Assembly: GCA_963716255.1 (NCBI GenBank)
Contig: OY970303.1
Span: forward strand, 1,184,001 to 1,248,000
Reading direction: 5' to 3'
DNA: 64,000 nt
DNA from: an uncultured Gemmatimonadales bacterium
GTDB taxonomy: Bacteria; Gemmatimonadota; Gemmatimonadetes; Longimicrobiales; Longimicrobiaceae
The position numbers and the translations under genes were made by a program. A model generated the notes under the pieces. It was not told where the DNA came from. It saw only the letters and a program-made list of their open reading frames with translations, and ran no database searches. Below, piece by piece: positions 9,358 to 17,393 of the stretch. Positions within the stretch are counted from its first letter, which is position 1; the number at the start of each line of letters is the position of its first letter.

Positions 9358-10347
9358 CTATGCGGGCGTGTACGGGATGAAGACCTCCCGCGTGTTGCTG
9401 GCGTCGCTCGGCACGTCGTCGACGAGCGCAACGATTGTGTACACCACCCAGGACCCGACCGACAACTCCAGCGTGGCCGGGCCGCCGGGCACGCCTTCGG
9501 AGTCTTCCACTTCCGCCGTGATCGTGACGGCTCCCCGGGAAACGGGCGTCACAAGCCCGGAGCTGGAGACGGTGGCGACGCCGGGGGCGCTGCTCGACCA
9601 TGTGGGGACCGGCAGGGGGTCGTCCTCCGCATCCGTCACCGTCGCCGTCAGCTGCAGCGTGGCCCCGCCCACTCCGAACGCGGCCAGGTCGCCCGCGTCG
9701 GGGGTGTCTATGGAGACGGCGGGGGTCATGTTGGACGGGGGGCCGCCCGTGTATGCGGAGGTGCTGAAGTCGTTGATCTGCTCCCCGTTGGCGAGCCCGC
9801 CCCCGCCGAGGAACATGATCCCAGGCCGCCCGGCCGCGGTGATCCGGTCCGCCTCCGTGTCCCCAACCGCGGCGTACGCCACCCCGTCGATATAGGGCGT
9901 GACCGTCACCGTGGAGCCGGAGCCCGACACGTCCAGGCGGAGCGTGTGGGAGGAGTTGAGCGCCCACGACTGCGCGAAGTTGTTGATGTTCACGGCCGCC
10001 GCGCCGGTGTAGCGCATGAACTGCACGCGCGGCCCCCCGAAGTGGTCGTAGAAGAGCGCGTAGCGCGAGCCGTCGGGCTGCACCCTGACGCATGCCCCGG
10101 GCATGCGCGCCCCGTACGTGCTCACGTAGACCGTCACCTCCGCATCATAATCCGGGCTCGCGGGGGTGATCTGCCCTACCATTACGTTCTCCTCCGCGAG
10201 CGTCGGGGAGGCGCGGTTGCTGTTCACCTGGACGGAGCCCGCGGTGCCGACGATCTGCAAAAGGGGCAGGCCGTTCGCCGCCGCCAGCGCGCCGGTACCC
10301 GTCAGCGGCGTTTCGTCGGCGGCCGTGAAGTCAGAGAAAAGAGCCAT
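9358..10347 (-). CDS. Beta-sandwich plus Ig-like (Big_2) protein, putative virion decoration/adhesin
   Basis: Beta-rich N-terminal ~200 aa; Big_2 pattern TLQLTATVTD...WSSSAPGVATVSSSGLVTPVSRGAVTITA; no signal peptide; last gene of the leftward operon. Confidence 0.7.
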   Translation of the reverse strand: MALFSDFTAADETPLTGTGALAAANGLPLLQIVGTAGSVQVNSNRASPTLAEENVMVGQITPASPDYDAEVTVYVSTYGARMPGACVRVQPDGSRYALFYDHFGGPRVQFMRYTGAAAVNINNFAQSWALNSSHTLRLDVSGSGSTVTVTPYIDGVAYAAVGDTEADRITAAGRPGIMFLGGGGLANGEQINDFSTSAYTGGPPSNMTPAVSIDTPDAGDLAAFGVGGATLQLTATVTDAEDDPLPVPTWSSSAPGVATVSSSGLVTPVSRGAVTITAEVEDSEGVPGGPATLELSVGSWVVYTIVALVDDVPSDASNTREVFIPYTPA

Positions 10348-10668
10348 TTAGCAGCCCCCGGGGTTCAGGGGCTCAACAGTCCGGGGGTGGTTGCTCTTGT
10401 TCATTTGTCGTTTCCTCTGGCGTGCCCTACGGGCCGCGAGTGGTGTATCAGGGTCGGGCGCAGCGAGCAGGGCCTCCCGGAGAGTACCGTACGGTCGGGC
10501 TCGCTGCGCGACGTGTTCCTGCGGCACGGCCGGAGCGGCAGCGGCGAGGCGTTCCCGGGCTCGCTGGGCGTCGATCCGGTCAAGGATCGCGTCTTCCCCG
10601 GCCGTGTGGCTCCGGCCGTCCGTGAAGGCCCACGAGACGGCCCCCCGCCCCCTTCCCAGGCGCCGCAC
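10348..10668 (-). CDS. Small basic hypothetical protein (~106 aa)
   Basis: GTG at 10668 overlaps the upstream stop and follows GGAGGAG; its TAA abuts the next ATG. Confidence 0.5.
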   Translation of the reverse strand: MRRLGRGRGAVSWAFTDGRSHTAGEDAILDRIDAQRARERLAAAAPAVPQEHVAQRARPYGTLREALLAAPDPDTPLAARRARQRKRQMNKSNHPRTVEPLNPGGC

Positions 10669-10874
10669 TACCTGCTGCGCTCCTCCGGCCCCCGCTGCGG
10701 GATGGGGCCCTGGCCTGGATTCGACCGGCGGCGATCGTGGGGGAAGGCGCGCAGCAGCTCCGCATACCAGAAGCGCCGCGGGGTGCCGGACGCGGCCAGG
10801 GCCGCGCCAAGGGATTCCCCCCGGACGAGACGCTGGCCGACGTGAGGCGCGGGGGGTTGGGTGTCCTGGCGCAT
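10668..10874 (-). CDS. Small hypothetical protein (~68 aa)
   Basis: TGATG overlap with the scaffold stop codon (translational coupling). Confidence 0.5.
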   Translation of the reverse strand: MRQDTQPPAPHVGQRLVRGESLGAALAASGTPRRFWYAELLRAFPHDRRRSNPGQGPIPQRGPEERSR

Positions 10875-11785
10875 CAATCGTCGACCAGGAACTCCAGGAC
10901 GTGGGCGGCGTCGCGCGCCTTCCCGCTCCTGCGCAACTGGCTCTGCGCCTGCGAGAACGCGCGCCCGCGCTGCACCTGGCCGCTGTCGGGGCCGTGCGCG
11001 CTACGAGTGCCAGGGGTGAGGACACGGGAGGCGCCCTGCTGTGCCCCCCGCACCGCATTGGCCCCCTTGGTCTTGAGCTGCCGGTACCGCATGGCATCCC
11101 GCAGCACCAGCATGAGCCGGTGATCCGCCACCCCGGCCAGATCCTCCGTCGTGTAGCCGAGCGACAGCGCGAAGTTCACCAGCTCCCCCTTTTCGGCCTT
11201 CCGCACCCGCTCGTCCTTCCACTCCGGCACGGCCTCCAGCAGCAGCTCGCTTTCCTCCGCGAGCCGGCGCTGGTGGTCTTCCTGCGCGGCCCGCGCGCGG
11301 AACTCCTGCGCGGCCACGTAGTCGGCGCGCACGGCCTCCGGGACGGCGAACCCCGCGAGCTCCATCGCTTCGACCCGCTGCTCCAGCGCGAGCGCCGCAA
11401 AGGCGGCGCGCTGGCCCGTCTCCTCGACGTCCCGGCGCTGCGCGGCGACGGCCTGCGCTTTCCGGGTATAGTCGGAGGTGCGGGAATACCCCTTCAGCAG
11501 CTCGTCGAGTGTGACCTCCTCTTCCTCGCCGTTCACCTTCACCTTGTAGGTAGCCGCCGGGGTGTCGTCCTCCCTCTCGTCGACTTCGTCCTCTTCGTCC
11601 ACTTCCGCGCCGTCCAGCTCCTCGTCCATCAGCTCGTCGCGCAGCTCCTCGCTGTCGCCGTCCTCCTGCGCCATCGCCGCGTCGAGCGCCGCGGCCGCAT
11701 CGGTGACGGTGCCGGCTCCGCCGTTCTCCCAAGGGAGCGCGATCGAATCGGAAGCGGACGCGGGATGGGGGTCGAAATCTGCCAT
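10874..11785 (-). CDS. Phage capsid scaffolding protein-like
   Basis: Acidic disordered N-terminus, then YKVKVNGEEEEVTLDELLKGYSRTSDYTRKAQ, a coiled coil, VPEWKD, LGYTTEDLAGVADHRLMLVLRDAMRY and a basic C-terminus; this pattern is typical of podovirus scaffolds. RBS AGGAGAG. Confidence 0.8.
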   Translation of the reverse strand: MADFDPHPASASDSIALPWENGGAGTVTDAAAALDAAMAQEDGDSEELRDELMDEELDGAEVDEEDEVDEREDDTPAATYKVKVNGEEEEVTLDELLKGYSRTSDYTRKAQAVAAQRRDVEETGQRAAFAALALEQRVEAMELAGFAVPEAVRADYVAAQEFRARAAQEDHQRRLAEESELLLEAVPEWKDERVRKAEKGELVNFALSLGYTTEDLAGVADHRLMLVLRDAMRYRQLKTKGANAVRGAQQGASRVLTPGTRSAHGPDSGQVQRGRAFSQAQSQLRRSGKARDAAHVLEFLVDD

Positions 11786-11869
11786 CGGGTGTATCTCTCC
11801 TGTCGGGCCTCCGCGTACGGGTGGGCCTGGTTTGCGAGGGCGGCAGAGTGCCGCCGTTCTCGCGGGGTG

Positions 11870-12481
11870 CTACAGCTCGGGAGGCAGGCCGCGGCCGGTC
11901 GGGGTGTACGACAGGCGCAACCGCATCTGCTGGAGAAAGCCGCGGATCTGCGCGCGGTCGTGGCGGCTCAGTGAGCCCACGTCGGCAAACGTGCGGGGAG
12001 CGCCGAGCGTGGAGCGGAGAGAGCGCGCGTCGGAGTGGTTAGCCTCCGCTGCGTCGATCCTCTCGACGGCCCCCTCCACCTTGTTGAGCGCCGCGGCCAG
12101 CTCCTTTTCGCCCTCCCCCGCGTCCACGCACACAGTGACCATGTGGGCCTCGACGGCGCGGACGCGGTGCGAGCCGAGCACGCGCTCCCCCTGCTCCACA
12201 GCCGAAACGATCGGGCGCAGCCGCGCGTCCTCGTCTTCGACCCGCTGCCGCGCCTCTTCGAGATCGCGGTGCAGGGCGACGGGATCCGCCGCCATGTCCC
12301 CGTCGCTCTCCACTTCCGCAATCGCCCGCTCCAACTGCGCGACCCGCTCGCAAGCGGCGCCGAGTGCGGCCTCCGCGGCGGTGCGCGCTTCCAGGACGGG
12401 GGCCAGGGCGGCGCGTGCCTGCTTGACCTGTTTGTCATTCTCGACGACCTGCTCCGCCGTCAGTTTCTCCGTGCGTGCCAT
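11870..12481 (-). CDS. Coiled-coil hypothetical protein (203 aa)
   Basis: MARTEKLTAEQ... after GGAGAG; A/E/R-rich helical heptads. Confidence 0.7.
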   Translation of the reverse strand: MARTEKLTAEQVVENDKQVKQARAALAPVLEARTAAEAALGAACERVAQLERAIAEVESDGDMAADPVALHRDLEEARQRVEDEDARLRPIVSAVEQGERVLGSHRVRAVEAHMVTVCVDAGEGEKELAAALNKVEGAVERIDAAEANHSDARSLRSTLGAPRTFADVGSLSRHDRAQIRGFLQQMRLRLSYTPTGRGLPPEL

Positions 12482-12530
12482 GCTCTCCGTTGGTCTGCCT
12501 GGTGTATGGTCTGGCCCTGCAGGGCCGGCG

Positions 12531-14207
12531 CTACTTCGTATCGAACAGGCTCCGCACCCCGCCGTAGCCGGCGGCGCCCGCCGCGGCGGCCCCAAGCGTC
12601 TTCCAGCCGGCGCGCTTCAGCCAGCTATCCGGCGCGGCCAGCTGAGAGTCCGCGAACGCCTGGCCGGTCCGCTCCAGGTCGGCCATGAACTCACGATAAG
12701 CCGCCTCGTCGCGGAACATCATGCGGAGCTTGGCAGACATGCCGACGCTCTGGAGCCGCTGCACCTCCGCCCGCGTGACGCGCCGGCCCTTCGTGGCGAG
12801 CTGGTCATAGAGGCGTGACGCCATCCCCATGCGGAAGTGGTCGCGGGCGGCCCCCTCCGGGAGCGCCGCAAGGCGCTGCTCGATCTGCTCCAGATTCGAT
12901 TTCGCGCCGGCCGTGTATCCCTCATCGAAGGCCGACGAGGCGCGGCGCGCCAGCTTCCATTGCGCGTTTGCGTCCGTGTACCCGGGGAGCTTCTGTTCCA
13001 TCGCGTCCGTGAGGCGCTGCGCGGCGTCGCGGTGCATCTGCGCGGCGTGCCAGTCCCCGGCCCTCTCGTTCCGCGTGGCGCGGGAGGTGAGGGCGTTCCG
13101 GATCTGCTGCAACTCGCGGAAGCTGGGCGCGGCCTTCTGCTGTACCGCCTTCGCGCCCATGACCTTGCGGGCCGCGGGCACGATCTCCGGCGAGCGCAGC
13201 AGCGTACGCAGCGCCGGGTCCTGAATCACCGGGTGCGCCTCTTCCAGCGGACGATAGGCTGTCTCGCTGATCCGGGTCAGCTCGCGCCGTGCAGCGTCCC
13301 GCGCAGGCCCCAGCTTGCCGCCGGGGATGCCAGCGCCCCGGGCGACGCGCTCCGCAATCTCGTCGACGCGCGGCGCTTTCTCGACGATCTCCCGCGCGCC
13401 CTCTACCAGCTGGCGACGCGCACGGCCGCCCGCCGCCCTCCCGGCGGCCCCCGCCACCGTGCCGAGAACGGCGCTCGTGACGGCCCCCGTAGCCGCGCCA
13501 ACCGCGGCCCCCTGGAGCCGGCCCGTAAGATCGTCGGCGTCGCTTTCCCCGAACCCGAAGAGACCGCCCGACAGCGCCCCGGCGCCGGCTGCACCCGCCA
13601 CTGCCCTGCCCGCCTGCGCCATCTGCCCCGCCCTGCCTGCCAGGTACGCGCCGCGCAGGGAGCCCGCGGAGCCGAGCCCCGGGAGCAGCATGCCGCCGAC
13701 AGCTTCCGCCGCGAGGGCCTGCACGGGGTGCTCCCCCCGGATCCGCCCCAGCTCCGCGCGCTGCGCCGCGACGGCCTCGCGGCCCTCCTCCGTCTGGTTC
13801 GCCAGCAGCACGGACAGGGGGATCCCCACCGGGCTAGCACCGCGCAGGGCACGCAGCGCCCCGCCTCTCCAGCCGGGGACCGCGTCGACCGCGGCCATTT
13901 CGTCCGCAAAGCCGAAGGTGAAGCCCTGCGCCCCCATGCGGAGCGCGTCGGCGGCGCCCATGAACCCGCCGCCGCTGCCGCCGGCCGGGGGTGCTTCCTC
14001 GGCGGGGGGTTCGTCGTAGGCGCCGGCCGCGAATGCCGCCGCGGCCACGGAGCCCGGGGGCGCGACGGCCTGCCGGAGCTGGTCGAAGCTGCGGACCTGG
14101 CCGCCCGTCTCCCTGGCAATCACAGCGTCAACGCCCGCAGGGTCGGCGCCTTCGGCCAGGTGGCGCTGCGCGAGCGCGAGAAGTTGCTGGGGGGTGAGCG
14201 GATCCAT
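12531..14207 (-). CDS. Putative DNA ejection/internal virion protein, large (gp16-like position)
   Basis: 558 aa; GAQGFTFGFADE, EHPVQALAAEAVGG and Gly/Ala-rich hydrophobic hairpins (GAGALSGGLFGFGES...GAAVGAATGA), followed by a helical body; TAATG overlap with the upstream gene. Confidence 0.65.
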   Translation of the reverse strand: MDPLTPQQLLALAQRHLAEGADPAGVDAVIARETGGQVRSFDQLRQAVAPPGSVAAAAFAAGAYDEPPAEEAPPAGGSGGGFMGAADALRMGAQGFTFGFADEMAAVDAVPGWRGGALRALRGASPVGIPLSVLLANQTEEGREAVAAQRAELGRIRGEHPVQALAAEAVGGMLLPGLGSAGSLRGAYLAGRAGQMAQAGRAVAGAAGAGALSGGLFGFGESDADDLTGRLQGAAVGAATGAVTSAVLGTVAGAAGRAAGGRARRQLVEGAREIVEKAPRVDEIAERVARGAGIPGGKLGPARDAARRELTRISETAYRPLEEAHPVIQDPALRTLLRSPEIVPAARKVMGAKAVQQKAAPSFRELQQIRNALTSRATRNERAGDWHAAQMHRDAAQRLTDAMEQKLPGYTDANAQWKLARRASSAFDEGYTAGAKSNLEQIEQRLAALPEGAARDHFRMGMASRLYDQLATKGRRVTRAEVQRLQSVGMSAKLRMMFRDEAAYREFMADLERTGQAFADSQLAAPDSWLKRAGWKTLGAAAAGAAGYGGVRSLFDTK

Positions 14208-15595
14208 TAGCGATTCCTCCGGGGCACGGCCGCGAACGGGTCGCGCGCCGGGGCGGCGGGCGGGGCGGCTCTGCCGGCCGCCTGCTCTACCGCCTGCATC
14301 ATCGTGCGGCGGGCGTTCGCCTTCTGGCGCAGCGTCGCCGGCCGGTCGCCGGGCATTGGCATGAAAGTGCGTTTGTTGCGCTCATATTCCTGCTCGGTCA
14401 CGCCCTTCCCGGAAACAACCATGTTGTACGCCCCAAGCATCTGCATTCCGGCCTGGTCTACCTGCTGCTCAGCCTGGGTCGTAATGGCATGGCCGACAAC
14501 CGGAATCCGGTTCACCACGGAGCCGGCGATTGTGCGCTCCATGCGGTCAATCAGCGGCGCCGCCTGCCGGGCCATCCGGAGCGCGGCACCCGCCATGCGC
14601 TCGCCCTCGCTGGGCTTGGCCGCCGTCGAGCGCAGCGCGCCGCCGCCGGGTCCCTGGACCGGGCGCGTCTCCCCGGTGCGGGGGTTCACCTGCACCACCC
14701 CCTCGTCTGTGCTGAGCATCTGCCAGTTGACGGCCCTCCCGGTGCCGTCCCCGTCGCCGCTACCGCGCGAGCTGGGCGCGGCGCCCTTGCGCTCGACGTG
14801 GACGACGGCCTGCGGGTTGCCCTTCCGGAAGTACACGACACGGTCCCCAAGGTCCTGGCTGTCCAGCTCCGGCGCGCCCGCGAGCTGCGCCCCGTCCGGC
14901 CCCTGCACGGCCTGCGTCTGCCCGGTGCGGGGATCGAAAGCGTACACCTTCCCGTCTGGCCCCTGGAACCGCTCCAGCTTTACGGCGCCGTTGTTCTGCG
15001 CGGCCTCCATCGCCTTTATGACTTCGGAGATCGAGCGGGCGGAATCGTGGTCCCCGGTGCGGATCGCTTCCTGGAACATCTGGCGCAGCTCGGGGAGCCC
15101 GGCACCCTGCGCGATGATCTGCTGCATCCGCTGGCGCTGCGCCGCCTGCGCCATGCCCCCGCGCGCCTGGCCGCCGGCCGATTGCCCGGCGAGCGCACCC
15201 GTCGCGAGCACCTGGCCGAGCCCCTGCCCCTCGCCCGCGGCGAGCATCGCCTGGAGCCCGCCACGCAGTAGGGCCTGGCGCTGGGCGCGCTGGTTCTCCG
15301 CAGCGGAAAGGCGGGGGTCGTACTCGCCGCCGAACACGGTCCCCAGCGCATCCGTCACGGAGCGCAACGCGCCGCCGGCGCCCTGGCCGCGGCCGGTGTC
15401 GGTGCGGGGCGCGATCGGCGGCGTCCGGAGGGAGACGCGCACGCCCGGCTGCTGCACGCCGGCCGGGTTCATCCGGGGATCGGTCATGTCGTCGAAGAGG
15501 CCGAGCCCCTGCGTATCGGCCCCCTCAAACAGACCGAGACCCGCACGCGAAATCGCGCGGGGGTCGAAGAAAAGGGGCGTGGGGCGTCGGTACAC
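14207..15595 (-). CDS. Putative DNA ejection/internal virion protein, medium (gp20-like position)
   Basis: 462 aa; Gly/Ala/Gln-rich; repeated FDPRTGQT / VNPRTGET hairpins; C-terminal SGKGVTEQEYERNKRTFMPMPGDRPATLRQKANARR, a motif I associate with phage internal virion proteins. RBS AGGAG before GTG. Confidence 0.65.
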   Translation of the reverse strand: MYRRPTPLFFDPRAISRAGLGLFEGADTQGLGLFDDMTDPRMNPAGVQQPGVRVSLRTPPIAPRTDTGRGQGAGGALRSVTDALGTVFGGEYDPRLSAAENQRAQRQALLRGGLQAMLAAGEGQGLGQVLATGALAGQSAGGQARGGMAQAAQRQRMQQIIAQGAGLPELRQMFQEAIRTGDHDSARSISEVIKAMEAAQNNGAVKLERFQGPDGKVYAFDPRTGQTQAVQGPDGAQLAGAPELDSQDLGDRVVYFRKGNPQAVVHVERKGAAPSSRGSGDGDGTGRAVNWQMLSTDEGVVQVNPRTGETRPVQGPGGGALRSTAAKPSEGERMAGAALRMARQAAPLIDRMERTIAGSVVNRIPVVGHAITTQAEQQVDQAGMQMLGAYNMVVSGKGVTEQEYERNKRTFMPMPGDRPATLRQKANARRTMMQAVEQAAGRAAPPAAPARDPFAAVPRRNR

Positions 15596-15682
15596 GGCGG
15601 CTCTCCTATGTGTGCGGAAGGCGCCCGGGGGCGGTGCTTCCTGGTGGTCCGGCTCTGGCCGCCGGGGGCGGCCGGTCTGCTG

Positions 15683-16330
15683 TTACGAGAAGAGGCTCCC
15701 CAGGAGCCCGACGCCGCCGCCGATCGCGGCCCCCCAGGGGCCGAAGGCGGAGCCGGCAATCGCGCCGGAGGCGGCGCCGCCGAGCGGGTTCCGGGGGGAG
15801 ACGGCGGTGCTGGTGGAGCCCACCGGGCCCATTCCCAGGTTGAGCATCTGCAAAGCCTGCTGCTGGCGGAACAGCGGCTCCTGCATCTGCCGCTCCCGCA
15901 GCTGCCGCTGCATTTCGGCGTACTGCGTGCCCTGCTGCACCGCGTTCTGCCAACCGCCGGAAAGGAGCTGCGCCAGGGTGGAGCCCTGCGCGCGGTCGAT
16001 CTCTCCCAGGCGAGCCCCGGCCATGACGCCGTGCCGGGAGCCGCCGAAGGCCCCGGCGGCGGTCGCCTGCTGGTTGGCGCTCATGTAGGCGTCGGCGCGC
16101 ATGTGGTCGAATTCGCCGCGGGTGGCGTCGACGACGTTCGACATGTACGGATCGAAGAAAGGCGCCGCCTGATCGGCCACGCTCATTTCCTGCGGGCCGG
16201 TGAAGAGAGGGCCGCCCCCTTGGATCATCCCGGCCCCCTGCCCGGCCATGCGGCGCATCTGCTCGATATACGCCTGGCTCCGCGGGTCGGGGGCCTGGGT
16301 AGTGGTCGACTTGCTTCCGCCCTTCGCCAT
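15683..16330 (-). CDS. Putative DNA ejection/pilot protein, small (gp7-like position)
   Basis: 215 aa; MAKGGSKSTTTQAP..., PYMSNVV, AAGAFGGSRHGV, Gln-rich coil and a C-terminal glycine zipper (GGAASGAIAGSAFGPWGAAIGGGVGLLGSLF). RBS AAGGAG. Confidence 0.68.
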   Translation of the reverse strand: MAKGGSKSTTTQAPDPRSQAYIEQMRRMAGQGAGMIQGGGPLFTGPQEMSVADQAAPFFDPYMSNVVDATRGEFDHMRADAYMSANQQATAAGAFGGSRHGVMAGARLGEIDRAQGSTLAQLLSGGWQNAVQQGTQYAEMQRQLRERQMQEPLFRQQQALQMLNLGMGPVGSTSTAVSPRNPLGGAASGAIAGSAFGPWGAAIGGGVGLLGSLFS

Positions 16331-16782
16331 ATACCGCTTGCTCCTTTTTCACCGGCTCCGGACTGGCCGGGTGGCTGGTGGGGTGGGTTCATCCCGCGCG
16401 CGGGAGGTGTCCGCGAGAGGTGATAGGCCGGAATCTGAGCGGATTTTCCTTGCTGTGCCGATAACGAACCTTGCCAGAATAGACCAAAAATTTTTTCCGG
16501 GGGGCATGTGCCAAGGTGTGTCGAGTGCCGCACGCGCGGCCCCCGCCGCCCGCGGCGACCGGGGGGTGGGGTGGACCCCCCGGAGGTACCCCCCGCCCCT
16601 ACCCGACGCGCCCCGCTGGGGAGGGGCACCGGCCAGTAAACCACGCCCCGGCAACGACTTAGCGCGCCGCTCGCCTCCGCCCGGTCGCACAGAACGGCAG
16701 GCCCCCGGGGGCACCGACGCTACAACGACCCGCGCCGCGTCTGGCTTTCTGGCATCGTGACGGGAGGGGGGTACCATGGCCC

Positions 16783-16914
16783 CGGCACCCCGCCGGAAGG
16801 GGGAGGGGGTGCTCGACGCGGCCCCCTCCGACCGGATGCACATGCATCCGCGGCACCCCGCCGGAAGGGGGAAATTGCAGGTTTCGCCCTTTGCATACAT
16901 ATGCAAAGGCGAAA
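16783..16914. repeat. 22-bp direct repeat pair plus two TGCA-containing inverted repeats
   Basis: CGGCACCCCGCCGGAAGGGGGA at 16783-16804 and 16851-16872; CGGATGCA-CA-TGCATCCG at 16833-16850; CCTTTGCATA-CA-TATGCAAAGG at 16888-16909. Confidence 0.8.
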
Positions 16915-17393
16915 AGTGAGCAAATACGCCGATAAACGGGCATCGGCATTTCCTTATAATGGGCCTTATGTAAACCTGAACGGGTGCGCATGCAGGCCGG
17001 GCTGCATATCCATGCACGCCCGCCCCTCGCGCGCGCGAGGGAACACGCGAGGGCCAGCTCCCGCGCGAATCCGCTGGGCCCTTCAAATTGCCAGGTTGTC
17101 AATTTGGCAATTTGAACAACGCGCTATAATGCGATTGGGGCGCGCGGCTGGCGGCCCCCTTCCTGGAAGCGAGCCCGGCGCGCCGAGCACCGGGCCCCGC
17201 GGCGACGCGCCAGGATGCCCCAGGACGCACGATCGCCCCAGGCCAGGGCGGCGAGCCCCGGGGCGGCTGGCGCCGTCGAGCGCAGCGCCGCGCAGGGGCA
17301 CGAGGGGGCCCGGATAGGGGGGGGGGTGTCTTCTGCGCGAGCGAAGCGTGTTTCTGCTCCGTCGCGGCCCCCTCCCGGGCTCCGCCGGGCCAG

